NCBI GenBank assembly: GCA_033344815.1
Contig: JAWPMR010000001.1
Coordinates: 46,136-110,135, forward strand
DNA from: Paracoccaceae bacterium
GTDB lineage: Bacteria > Pseudomonadota > Alphaproteobacteria > Rhodobacterales > Rhodobacteraceae
Length of the DNA: 64,000 nt
Direction: 5' to 3'
The notes under the pieces were generated by a model. That model searched no databases. It had not been told where the DNA came from and saw nothing but the letters and a program-made list of their open reading frames with translations. Positions 1 to 9,094 of this stretch are shown piece by piece. A program made the translations under genes and the position numbers. How positions within the stretch are numbered: the stretch's first letter is position 1; every line of letters begins with the position of its first letter.

Positions 1-549
1 TTTGTGGACGTAAGCGTTCACTTGCACATCCGAGATTACATGCTGTTTGCGCACGCCGATCAACCGACCAAGCGAATGTAATCCCCACGCAAAGTTTTCT
101 GGCATGGCCGTCTTACGTTCTGCAGTGCCAGTGAACACGACAAAGCTGTGCACCAACTTTTGGTCGATACCGAGGATTTCCTGCACAGCCTTAACATGCG
201 CATAATTCTGTCTGAGCGGGTTTTGGAGGCCGCGTTTCTTGCCACCCTTTTGGACATGCGTCCACTTTTTCTGGTCGGCGTCGCCAAAAATCCAACCCGA
301 CATGTTTTTGGTCTCGATTACGAAAACTCCATAGCGGGATAAAACGAGATGATCCAACTGGGTAGTCCCGCCAGCACTAGGCAGTATCAAATCTGACAAT
401 ACGCGATATTCTCTTGCATCGAGGACAGACGTTAGCGCGTTATGCACTTTGCGCTCACCCCGAGCCCCTTTTCTTTCAGGTGTATTGTAGCTGTGTTCGG
501 CAGCACGAATTGCCGACCGGACAGCAGTTTTCAGCAGATACTTAAACAT
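1..549 (-). CDS. NERD-domain (PD-(D/E)XK-like nuclease) protein, runs off the left window edge
   Basis: Hand translation from ATG at 549, open to position 1: MFKYLLK...KGARGERKV...GGTTQLDHLVLSRYGVFVIETKNMSGWIFG...QNPLRQNYAHVKAV, the NERD signature. Absent from the ORF track because it has no stop in the window. Confidence 0.85.
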   Translation of the reverse strand, partial: MFKYLLKTAVRSAIRAAEHSYNTPERKGARGERKVHNALTSVLDAREYRVLSDLILPSAGGTTQLDHLVLSRYGVFVIETKNMSGWIFGDADQKKWTHVQKGGKKRGLQNPLRQNYAHVKAVQEILGIDQKLVHSFVVFTGTAERKTAMPENFAWGLHSLGRLIGVRKQHVISDVQVNAYVHK

Positions 550-766
550 AGGCACTCTCTAAATTAACGTCAGCCGTCGGGTAGATTGCATGAATATCGT
601 CTTTCTCCCATGGCTTAGATCAATGGTGGCGAGTAGCATCGCCCACGCCTTTGAAGTGCGGTTAAAATTTTAAGATACAACATGTCCGCCATGGATTGGC
701 TGTAATTCACAAGGAATTGGCAGGATAGACCAAGTGACGCTCGTAAAAGGCCTCTCTAAGCTGCTG

Positions 767-2119
767 TTATAGCCCAGCCTTTTCAGCCCAGCCTGCGAAC
801 TCTCTTAGTCTTGCCTCACGACCCCCGTAGGTGTTCTCAGCGATCTCTTGCATGGCATGTCCGGTGTAGCCTCGACGCACACTTTCAGGGGCACCCACAT
901 CGCGCATTTTATCGCTGACCCAATGGCGCAGACCATATGCCACGAGATCGGTATTATCGCCTCTGAACTTCTTCACATGGTTCATGATGGCAGCAGAGAG
1001 ATTGGTATTCCCTGTCTCATGGACGTAGCGAGGCAGAATGGCGTCATATCCTTCAGACAACCTCAATAGCTCCCGCATGGCAGCCTGAGCGCGGTTGGTA
1101 AGGGGCACCTGACGGACACTAGTCTTGGTCTTACGATTTTTCTTAGCAGCATTGGGGCGGATGAAGACGTGAGGGACCGGGTCATCTAGCTTCACGTTAT
1201 CTCTGAGCATGGATGCGAACTCACTCACAAGGGCGCCTGTCGAGACACTTAGCGCCCACACGTGCCGAAGCACAGGGTTCTTGGCCTCTTCCTGTCGGCT
1301 CTTCGTCATAGCATCCACGATCTCATCGGGGAGGGAAGGTCGCTTGTCCATCTTCGCCTGGTCCGGTTCAGGCCACGGGAGACCTGAGAAGACATCGTTG
1401 CTGAACATTTCATCCGTATTCTTGCGAACTTGGTTTAGAACAGACACCACAATGTTGGTCTCACCCTGCATGCTCTCGCCATCCTTAGGTTCTCCATCAC
1501 GTTTCCTGTAGTTGATGTAGGAGTCGCGATACTGTCTGCGATGGGAGGTCTTGCTGAGGCTCTGTAGGGGCAGCTTATCTATGTCCCCCAAGGCCTCACG
1601 CAAACGTCTTTTCACACGCTTCAGGTCGTTCTGCCTTTTATTGCTGGCCTTCACGATCTCCATGTCATGCCAATACATCTTGAAGGCGTCACCGAGGGTC
1701 ATCTCAGGGAGCGGTGCGCTGGGGTAGGCCAGGGCCTTCTTGAGGAGGGGGTCTGGTTCTTCGGGGAGGGATTGAGCAGTTAACTCGCCGATCTCTGCCT
1801 CTGTTGCGTCTTCTAGACCAGAGACCCCTGCCTTGAGGCCTGCTGCTGTGAATAGCGCCTCATGCCACTTATCTTGACTGGTCCTATTATCGCTTCCAGC
1901 GCGACCCATGTCTCGACGTGCCTGACGGACTAGCCTGTCGAACTCTTTCATGATGGCTTCGTATTCACGAGCGAAAGGGACACCCTGTCTATTACGTATG
2001 TGCACCTGCATTGGAGGCCATCGGGTGAACTCTCGCACATCCTTAGGAAACCTCCGTCTGAACCGAAGCACGCCGTTGGCCAATCTATCTACGTGCTGGA
2101 TTTTACCCTTTACTACCAT
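767..2119 (-). CDS. Tyrosine recombinase/integrase with DUF6538-like N-terminus; catalytic Arg position is Leu
   Basis: N-terminal LRFRRRFPKDV. C-terminal KTKTSVRQVPL, YGLRH, TGH and TYG. Motif TGALVSE replaces TGxRxSE. ATG at 2119 has GGAG 8 nt upstream (the ORF track starts at 2164). Confidence 0.85.
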   Translation of the reverse strand: MVVKGKIQHVDRLANGVLRFRRRFPKDVREFTRWPPMQVHIRNRQGVPFAREYEAIMKEFDRLVRQARRDMGRAGSDNRTSQDKWHEALFTAAGLKAGVSGLEDATEAEIGELTAQSLPEEPDPLLKKALAYPSAPLPEMTLGDAFKMYWHDMEIVKASNKRQNDLKRVKRRLREALGDIDKLPLQSLSKTSHRRQYRDSYINYRKRDGEPKDGESMQGETNIVVSVLNQVRKNTDEMFSNDVFSGLPWPEPDQAKMDKRPSLPDEIVDAMTKSRQEEAKNPVLRHVWALSVSTGALVSEFASMLRDNVKLDDPVPHVFIRPNAAKKNRKTKTSVRQVPLTNRAQAAMRELLRLSEGYDAILPRYVHETGNTNLSAAIMNHVKKFRGDNTDLVAYGLRHWVSDKMRDVGAPESVRRGYTGHAMQEIAENTYGGREARLREFAGWAEKAGL

Positions 2120-2210
2120 CTCCGTGTCTCCAAAGTGTGCTGTGAGGTGCGCTTTGGAGAGCACCTAAACGCCTTTATATCAAGGAAATAAAGGGTTTAC
2201 GTAGAGGAAA

Positions 2211-2285
2211 TGGCTCCGGCGGTAGGGATCGAACCTACGACCAATTGATTAACAGTCAACTGCTCTACCGCTGAGCTACGCCGGA
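2211..2285 (-). tRNA. tRNA-Asn (GTT)
   Basis: Reverse complement TCCGGCGTAGCTCAGCGGTAGAGCAGTTGACTGTTAATCAATTGGTCGTAGGTTCGATCCCTACCGCCGGAGCCA: 75 nt, anticodon GTT, encoded CCA. Confidence 0.97.
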
Positions 2286-2365
2286 ACGGTTGAGGCGATA
2301 TAGCAGCGGTGATTTGTGTCGTCTAGAGGGATTAGCCGCAAAATGAAAAATTCCCGCCGCTTACG

Positions 2366-3277
2366 TCACTTCAACGAAAAAACTGAATTTTGCGCCAGTG
2401 GCCTGTCGAATTGCACTGCATTTTTCTTGTGCAGATCTATCAAATGCGCGAGCACGTTTCTTGCGGCCGCGTCGTGTAGCTCATGAGGGACTTCGGTGTA
2501 AATCTCACGCGCAAGATCACGTGCATTTGCCGGCTTGGCGCGCAGCGCGGAAAGGATCGCGGTTTCGCGGCTTTTTCGATGGTTGATCAGCCAGTTGAGA
2601 CGGCCTTTAGGGTCTGAGATAACATCCCCATGACCTGGGAAAAAGCTATCCCACTGGCGTTCTCCAAGGCGCTCGCAAGACGTCATAAAATCGCTGAGGT
2701 CGCCGTCTGGCGGTGAGACTAATGAGCTGGCCCATCCCATGACGTGATCAGCCGTAAAACAGCACTCTCCCCACGCCAGACAGATGTGATTGCCGATGTG
2801 ACCCGGCGTATGCAGCACTTCTAACTGCCAATCCTTGGTGCGGATCATATCGCCGTCAGCCACTGTTCGGTCGGGCGCAAAATCAATATCCACCCCTTCA
2901 CCGCCCCCAGTCACACCGCTTGCGGCAAGCGCTTTCATGATCTTAGAACGGCCTGCTTCGGCGCTGCCAAATGCGTAGATCTCGGCGCCACAGGCGTCTT
3001 GCAACGGGCGCGCCAAAGGGGCGTGATCCAGATGTGAATGCGTGACAACGATATGCGTAATACGCTGGTTTGGTGTCACGGCATTCAGGATCGCCGCAAG
3101 ATGGGACGCGTTATCAGGTCCGGGGTCTATGACGGCGATCTCCGTATCGCCCAGCAAATAAGTATTGGTGCCCCGGTACGTCATCGCAGAGGGATTTGGC
3201 GCGACGATCCGGCGTAATCCCGGTCGGAGCGTTTCCGCTCTGCCAATGGGTGGGTCAAAGTCGTCTGGCATTGTCAT
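2366..3277 (-). CDS. MBL-fold metallo-hydrolase
   Basis: THSHLDH (HxHxDH), HTPGH, ADH and PGHG motifs; C-terminal winged-helix-like tail. Confidence 0.9.
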   Translation of the reverse strand: MTMPDDFDPPIGRAETLRPGLRRIVAPNPSAMTYRGTNTYLLGDTEIAVIDPGPDNASHLAAILNAVTPNQRITHIVVTHSHLDHAPLARPLQDACGAEIYAFGSAEAGRSKIMKALAASGVTGGGEGVDIDFAPDRTVADGDMIRTKDWQLEVLHTPGHIGNHICLAWGECCFTADHVMGWASSLVSPPDGDLSDFMTSCERLGERQWDSFFPGHGDVISDPKGRLNWLINHRKSRETAILSALRAKPANARDLAREIYTEVPHELHDAAARNVLAHLIDLHKKNAVQFDRPLAQNSVFSLK

Positions 3278-3318
3278 TGACCCTTTCTAATGGTCCGAGG
3301 CCTCGATAAGTTTAGCCC

Positions 3319-4644
3319 ATGTTTTTCGCATGGCTCAAACAATATATGCCGCGTAGCCTTTACGCCCGGGCTGTTTTGATTTTGTTGCTGCCGGTTGTGT
3401 TTTTACAACTTGTGGTGACGGTTCTGTTTCTGACGCGTCACTTTGAAGACGTCACACAACAGATGACGGACACGGTGGCGCGCGAACTGCGTCTGGTGCT
3501 GTCAATCGTCGATCAGGCGTCAGACGGTGGTTCCGTGAGCAGCACAGTCATACAGGAAGCGTCACAACTAGCCATGACCGTCGTTCTCGTGCCGCAAGCC
3601 GATGTCCCCGCACAAGACATGCGGTCCTGGTATGATTTTTCCGGACGGGTCATCGTCAAGCGGTTGCCGCGTGACATTCCACAACTCATGCGTATTGATC
3701 TGACGGATGATCGCAGAGTTCACACTTATGCGAACACCCGGTTTGGAGTTGTCAAAATCAGTTTTGATCGTCGCCGGATCTCTGCGTCGAACCCGCACCA
3801 ACTGTTCGTAAACATGTTGTTTTTTGGGGGGTTGATCACAGTTATCGCGATCCTGTACCTGCGCAATCAACTGCGCCCGATTAAACGGTTGGCGCATGCC
3901 GCCGAAGCCTTTGGGCGTGGTCGCCACGAATCCTATTCACCTGCTGGTGCCATGGAGGTTCGCGCAGCAGGCAACGCGTTTCTGGACATGCGCAATCGGA
4001 TTGAGCGCCAGATTGAGCAACGCACATTGATGTTGTCGGGCGTCAGCCATGATTTGCGTACACCGCTGACGCGAATGCGTTTGAGCCTTTCGATGCTGGA
4101 AGATGAAGAGCGGCTCTTGCTGGAACAGGACGTTGACGACATGCAGGCAATGCTGGATGCGTTCCTGAACTTTGTCAAAACGGCCGGGGAGGGCGAGGCG
4201 GAGGCGATTGACCCGCACGAACTTGTTTCCAGCATTGTTGACGATGCCTGCCGGGCCGGACGAGATGTAACGCTGATGGCGTCTGAGGGGGATGGCACGG
4301 GCACGATCAAGCTGAATAAATTGGCGATCCGGCGCGCGTTGGACAATTTGATATCCAACGCTGTGCGCTATGGCGCAATGGCTGAAGTATCGGTTCTCTT
4401 CACGGATAAGACACTGCGTATTCGCGTTGAAGACGATGGCCCGGGCATTCCCGAAAATCGCAGATCAGAGGCCACGCGTCCTTTCACCCGCCTTGATCCA
4501 TCTCGCAATCAGGACAAGGGCGGCGGTGTTGGGCTAGGACTTGCCATTGCAACCGACATTGCCCGCGCGCATGGGGGTGTCCTGCGCCTCAGCAGTTCGG
4601 ATCGATTGGGTGGCTTGCGGGCGGACATTGTGATTGCACGGTAG
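3319..4644 (+). CDS. EnvZ-like sensor histidine kinase (no adjacent response regulator)
   Basis: Two TM segments, HAMP, H-box VSHDLRTPL, N-box DNLISNA, DDGPG and GVGLGL. Confidence 0.92.
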   Translation: MFFAWLKQYMPRSLYARAVLILLLPVVFLQLVVTVLFLTRHFEDVTQQMTDTVARELRLVLSIVDQASDGGSVSSTVIQEASQLAMTVVLVPQADVPAQDMRSWYDFSGRVIVKRLPRDIPQLMRIDLTDDRRVHTYANTRFGVVKISFDRRRISASNPHQLFVNMLFFGGLITVIAILYLRNQLRPIKRLAHAAEAFGRGRHESYSPAGAMEVRAAGNAFLDMRNRIERQIEQRTLMLSGVSHDLRTPLTRMRLSLSMLEDEERLLLEQDVDDMQAMLDAFLNFVKTAGEGEAEAIDPHELVSSIVDDACRAGRDVTLMASEGDGTGTIKLNKLAIRRALDNLISNAVRYGAMAEVSVLFTDKTLRIRVEDDGPGIPENRRSEATRPFTRLDPSRNQDKGGGVGLGLAIATDIARAHGGVLRLSSSDRLGGLRADIVIAR

Positions 4645-4661
4645 GTTATTGCACGGTAGGT
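4633..4661 (+). repeat. 15-bp tandem duplication over the kinase stop codon
   Basis: ATTGCACGGTAGGT at 4633-4646 and again at 4648-4661. Confidence 0.85.
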
Positions 4662-4835
4662 GCGGTTGCACCTTTTGAACGACGCATGTTATTCTGAATG
4701 GAATAGCCTTGGGAATACTACCAAAGGGTGCACGGAGGCCAACAAGCCATCCGATTTACTGCATGACCGGTATGTGGCGTATTACCTGGATCTAATGTAG
4801 ATAGTCAGCTGAGATCGGGACACAGGCATTCACTT

Positions 4836-5650
4836 CTATTGAAAGGGTACGATCCGGCCACTTCGGCGAATGAACACCATCGAATTTCGACCATTCTTTT
4901 CAACAATTTCTTGTACTGTCCCTGCAAAAAATTCTGCTATGTCTTTTCTACTCGGGAAACTGTCATACGAATCAAGAAAAAAACCTTCGGACCGGTGGGG
5001 AAACGGAACGTTTCTCAAATCAAGATTTTTTTCTGTCCAGCGACGAACCCACCAAGTCCATAAGTCAGCAGCTTGAAGTGGAAGGAAAAGGCGATCATTT
5101 TCAAACCGTGGATCAGCAGCAATCAAACCATCATCACCCAATTGGGTTTCTTTTCTCATGAAATCCCAAGCGTCTAAAACAATTTTTTTGTCCGTTCGTT
5201 CATCAAAAATAAAACTGATTGGCTGATTTGGGGGAAACACTAAGGGCATGTTTTTGGCGTGGATGTAGGCGCCGTTCAAAAGGTTTCGACACGCAAAAAA
5301 ATATGGGTTTCCCCAATCGGACTCGGCAAAATTTGGGCGCTCCCATCCTCCTACAAGGACATCATCCATCGCGTTATGTAGGTCGGATATCCTAAAGCGA
5401 AATGACACTGCAGCATCGATGTGCTCTTCAATTGCCCGCCAAAAAGGTTGCATTCTCTCAATTCCACCAGGGCTGGTCATTTCCGACATCTTGAAATGAC
5501 GTTCCCCGTTGGCGTCAATCGCGCCCCAAGGAAGAAGCTCCTCCCAATCCTCTGAAAACTTTTCCCAATTTCCTGCTGTAGCAACCAAGCCAGAGAGCGA
5601 AAAAAACCCCCATCTTTCCAGCTTTCGTCAACATAAATTTCTATTGTCAA
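4836..5650 (-). pseudogene. DUF3800-family protein split by a single-base frameshift in a G5-T7 tract
   Basis: TTG at 5650 with a GGAGA RBS gives MTIEIYVDESWKDGGFF. The rest (SLSGLVATAGNW...FIFDE...LPLQAADLWTW) is in another frame. YxDES and LQAAD are DUF3800 hallmarks. Confidence 0.75.
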
Positions 5651-5667
5651 AATGCGTCTCCGGAAGA

Positions 5668-5799
5668 CTATGCTCGACCTGCTGCCATCTGTCTCAAACT
5701 ATCTGATGACGGACAGGTAGACTCTTTCTCGGATAGCAGGTCGTTGACAAGCACCTCAAATTCTTTGTCATTCAAATTGTCGAAACTATACTCTGGCAC
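5668..5799 (-). pseudogene. 43-aa stub; the first ~26 aa resemble the N-terminus of Mrr-like restriction endonuclease domains fused to STAND NTPases
   Basis: GTG at 5799 gives MPEYSFDNLNDKEFEVLVNDLLSEKE, then unrelated sequence to TAG at 5670-5668. Low GC. Confidence 0.55.
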
Positions 5800-5888
5800 A
5801 ACAATACCTTTAAGTGTTCTTTATCTACAGTTTTGCAATTTATAACTTAATCATAGTTTCAGGAAGCTTTACCGCGGGATGATCTTAT

Positions 5889-7101
5889 AGTCCTGCCCCA
5901 CTGAAGTGTTCGGCCCCTATGGTTAGGAATCGGAGGGTCAAAGATGGGAATCGAGCGACACAAGCCGGAAGAGATTGTCAGTAAGTTGCGGCAGGTTGAG
6001 GTGCTGTGCGGCCAAGGGATGGCGCGCGTAGACGCCATCCGACGTGCAGATCACAGAACAGACCTTCTATCGCTAGCCTAAGCAGTATGGTGGGATGGGA
6101 ACCGACCAACTGAAAGAGCTAAAGCGGCTTCAGAAGGAGAATGATCGGCTGCGGCGAGCGGTATCGGACCTGACGCTGGACAAGCTGGTCCTGTCGTAGG
6201 CCGCACGGGGAAACGACTGAGCTCTTCACGTCGCCGTGCCTGCATTGACCATGTGCGGAGTCAGCTCCACATCTCGGAGCGTCGTGCTTGTCGTGTCCTG
6301 GGGCAGCCTCGCTCCACACAGAGGCGGGTGCCCGTTGGCCGCGCCGATGAAGATCGTCTGGTGTCTGACATGATCGAGCTGACGCGCCAATATGGTCGAT
6401 ACGGGTACCGCCGGATCGCGGTTCTGTTGAGAGATGCTGGCTGGCAGATCAACGACAAGCGGGTCGAACGCCTGTGGCGATGTGAAGGGCTCAAAGTGCC
6501 CCTGAAACAGCCAAAGAAAGCAGGGCTCTGGCTGAAGGATGGTTCCTGTGTTCGGCTGAGGCCTGAATACCGCAACCATGTCTGGAGCTATGACTTCGTT
6601 CATCATCGGACCGATGATGGGAAAGCGTTCCGGACGCTCAACATCCTGGATGAACACAGACGGGAGTGCCTCGCGATCCGAGTGAAGAGGAGGCTGAACT
6701 CGACCGAGGGTATCGACGCGCTGACCGACTTGTTCATTCTGCGCGGTGTCCCTGCCTACATCCGGTCAGACAACGGCCCAGAGTTCATCGCTCAGGCCGT
6801 TCGAGAATGAATCTCAGCAGTCCGTGCCAAGACCGCCTACATCGGGTCCGGCTCGCCCTGGGAGAACCGGTATTGTGAAAGCTTCAATGCAAGGCTTCGG
6901 GATGAACTGCTGAACGGAGAGGTCTTCTACTCGCTAAGGGAGGCGCAAATCCTGATCGAACAATGGAGGAAACACTACAACACCAAACGACAACATAGGG
7001 CCCCAGGCTACCGCCCACCGGCTCCGGAAACCATCATCCCGATGAAACCCAGGCCAATCATGCACTAACATTAAAGTGCACCACTCAAGTGGCGCTGATC
7101 A
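5889..7101 (+). mobile_element. Degenerate IS3-family element (IS407-like), ~1.2 kb
   Basis: Imperfect terminal IRs (AGTCCTGCCCCACTGAAGTG / CACTCAAGTGGCGCTGATCA). orfA from 5944 (MGIERHKPEEIVSKLRQ) has a frameshift and two TAG. orfB (YGYRRI, WSYDF, IRSDNGPEF) is broken by TGA at 6808-6810 and continues to 7068. No target duplication seen. Confidence 0.92.
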
Positions 7102-7349
7102 ATCCAATCTCGCGCTGTTGGTGCCTGACACTTCGGGCAATGCCGGTTCTTGCAGCCGTTGTAGGCGATGTGCTGATGGTTGCACTTGATGCAAGCCGCC
7201 ACATGCCCGCCGAGTGCTGCCGTGCGGCAGGCCTCAATCGCCGACATGACGCGGAGTTGGCTCAGGTTCAAATGTCCAGCATTGGCCTGCCGATAGGCAG
7301 ATCCGCGAGCCATGAATATCTCAGTAACCTCCAGCTTCGGGCGCAACAA
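7102..7349 (-). pseudogene. IS91-family transposase N-terminal zinc-binding fragment, truncated at the IS3 right end
   Basis: LEVTEIF...CRTAALGGHVAACIKC...YNGCKNRHCPKCQ; homology stops at the IS3 boundary. Confidence 0.88.
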
Positions 7350-7397
7350 CGCCCGTGCCTGTTATTCCGACCTTCGGTCTCGAAGTTGGGCCAGCAG

Positions 7398-8229
7398 TTA
7401 GTAAGGACTGTCGGTGTTGCGGATCAGTTTAGTGGCGACATGTGTATATTGCGCTGTAGTGCTCAGCTTCGCATGCCCCAGCAGAACCTGAATGGCGCGG
7501 ACATCTGTTCCGGCTTCCAACAGATGCGTCGCAAAGCTGTGGCGCAAGGAGTTCAGCGTGCTCCTCGGTTTCTTGATCCCGGCAAGATGTTTGGCCGCGC
7601 TAGAGGCGCGATGCAATTGCCGCGGTGACAACGAGTTGATCCTCGGTTTGCCGGGGAACAACCACCCGTCGGGACGAGCCTCCCGCCAATAGTCGCGCAG
7701 AAATTCCAGAAGACCTGGCGACAACATCACCTTGCGGTCCTTGCTACCCTTGCCGCGTTCGACATGAATGAGTATCCGGTCGCTGTCGATATCGGTGACC
7801 TTCAGGTTGCAGACTTCAGATGCGCGGCGCCCAGTGCCATAAGAAATACTGAGTGCCGCTCGATACTTCAGCCCGGGTCCCGGTGCGACCCGGAGTATCT
7901 CGAACACCTCATCAGCACTTAAGACCACGGGCAGCTTGCGCGGCTCAGTCCGAAAGTGCAGGCATTCCTTCAACTCAGGCCGTTTGCACGTCGTCTCGAA
8001 AAAGAACCGCAGCCCAACAAGCCGCACGTTGTAGGTCGACGGGGTAGCGTTCGCGTTGACCATCTGCAGCTGATGGGCGCGCTGGTCTTCCTGTATCGCG
8101 CTGTCCGGTGATCTCCCAAGGAACTTGGTAAAGCATCGAACAGCACTTACGTGCGCTTTCCCCAAGCCCCTTGATCCGCATATCTTCGATCATCCGCGCA
8201 CGCAGCGGGCTTGTCTTCTCCTGTGTCAT
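7398..8229 (-). pseudogene. XerD-like tyrosine recombinase of an integrase+IS91 element, frameshifted near 8160
   Basis: N-terminus MTQEKTSPLRARMIEDMRIKGLG is in one frame. The body (TGRRASE, GKGSKDR, SLRHSFATHLL, LLGH, TAQY) is in another. Confidence 0.85.
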
Positions 8230-8442
8230 AGGAGCCTCCGGTCCGATTAAGAAAGCTCAATCGTCGGGCAGGTCTGCCAAACCTCGAAACGGTTGGATCA
8301 ATGCTCAACACCCGTCAAGTGCGTCAATGCCGCGCGAGCGGCTTCGTCCTCGTTCCGCTGGCCCGCCACACACCCCTCTGATCGAATGTTGGCTCAGGGC
8401 TGAGTTCGTGCTTTCGAGTTCAATAAATGGGAGGGTAGATCC

Positions 8443-8640
8443 ATGCATGAACTACCTCGGTCAATCCCTGAATCCGTCCGCCGCGAGTGGGAAGAGCTTG
8501 AAAGACGACGTGATGGTGCTTGGCATGCCGATTAGTGGACTGCTGTGGTCAATTGGGCAGAGAAGCATGGAGCGTCGCTCACAGCCGTCCCGGGGGACGT
8601 TAAATCGTTTGGAAACGGCGACGGAATAGAAAAGGCTTAA
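8443..8640 (+). pseudogene. Small hypothetical ORF (66 codons) with an in-frame TAG
   Basis: Strong RBS GGGAGGG and ATG at 8443; MHELPRSIPESVRREWEELERRRDGAWHAD*WTAVVNWAEKHG...EKA*; TAG at 8533-8535. Confidence 0.35.
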
Positions 8641-8669
8641 ATTGCCCGAGAATTAGGTTGGCGTCGCGA

Positions 8670-8906
8670 TCAAGTTAAACACCAAACGGCAGCACAGAAT
8701 AAGATCAAAGCTACCGCGAAAATAACTGCTAGTGAGAGAGAATTAAATCCATTTGAATTTTGGATTTTGGGATCTGGTCGTACTTGGCCGGTCCATCCCT
8801 CGTAGTCACAGTGGCGGCAAGATGGCTCACCTTCCATCGGCGTGCCGCACAATTTGCAATTTGGGCTAGGGTGGAATGGTTTGCCCAATTGGGCAATTTC
8901 GGACAA
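8670..8906 (-). CDS. Small hypothetical protein with CxxC...CxxC zinc ribbon and C-terminal TM helix
   Basis: CKLC...CRHC followed by hydrophobic LSLAVIFAVALILFCAAVWCLT; TTG start. Confidence 0.45.
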   Translation of the reverse strand: MSEIAQLGKPFHPSPNCKLCGTPMEGEPSCRHCDYEGWTGQVRPDPKIQNSNGFNSLSLAVIFAVALILFCAAVWCLT

Positions 8907-9011
8907 AAATTTTAGTGCCGTAACCTACTAACCCTTCAATGGTTGCGTGATGGGGCGAGTGTTGAAAATCTGCAGCGCACATGGGGATTCGAAGCCGGAA
9001 GTGTGAAATTT

Positions 9012-9094
9012 GTGTGACACAATTCCCGTAAGCTATTGAAATCGCATGCGCCGCTCTTACGGAGCGTGTGACACAGGTTCGCTGATTTCATTGA
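9012..9094. repeat. Direct repeats GTGTGACACA beside the tRNA 3' end; probable integrase-binding sites of an att region
   Basis: GTGTGACACA at 9012-9021 and 9066-9075, each followed by an AT-rich TTGAAAT/ATTTCATTGA motif, within 100 bp of the tRNA CCA. Confidence 0.5.

Larger units (their letters stand above)
1..2210. mobile_element. tRNA-Asn-proximal end of an integrated element (continues left of the window)
   Basis: Integrase lies immediately downstream of the tRNA 3' CCA, followed by a nuclease cargo gene. The second att site is not in the window. Confidence 0.7.

Noticed and set aside
455-470. Suspected frameshift in the NERD gene at a G run
   Set aside because: Recount gives four G (CGG GGT GAG), so the frame is intact through KGARGERKV.
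8940-9017. WLRDGASVENLQRTWG as an integrase C-terminal remnant
   Set aside because: No HxxR upstream and no GH or Tyr; too weak.
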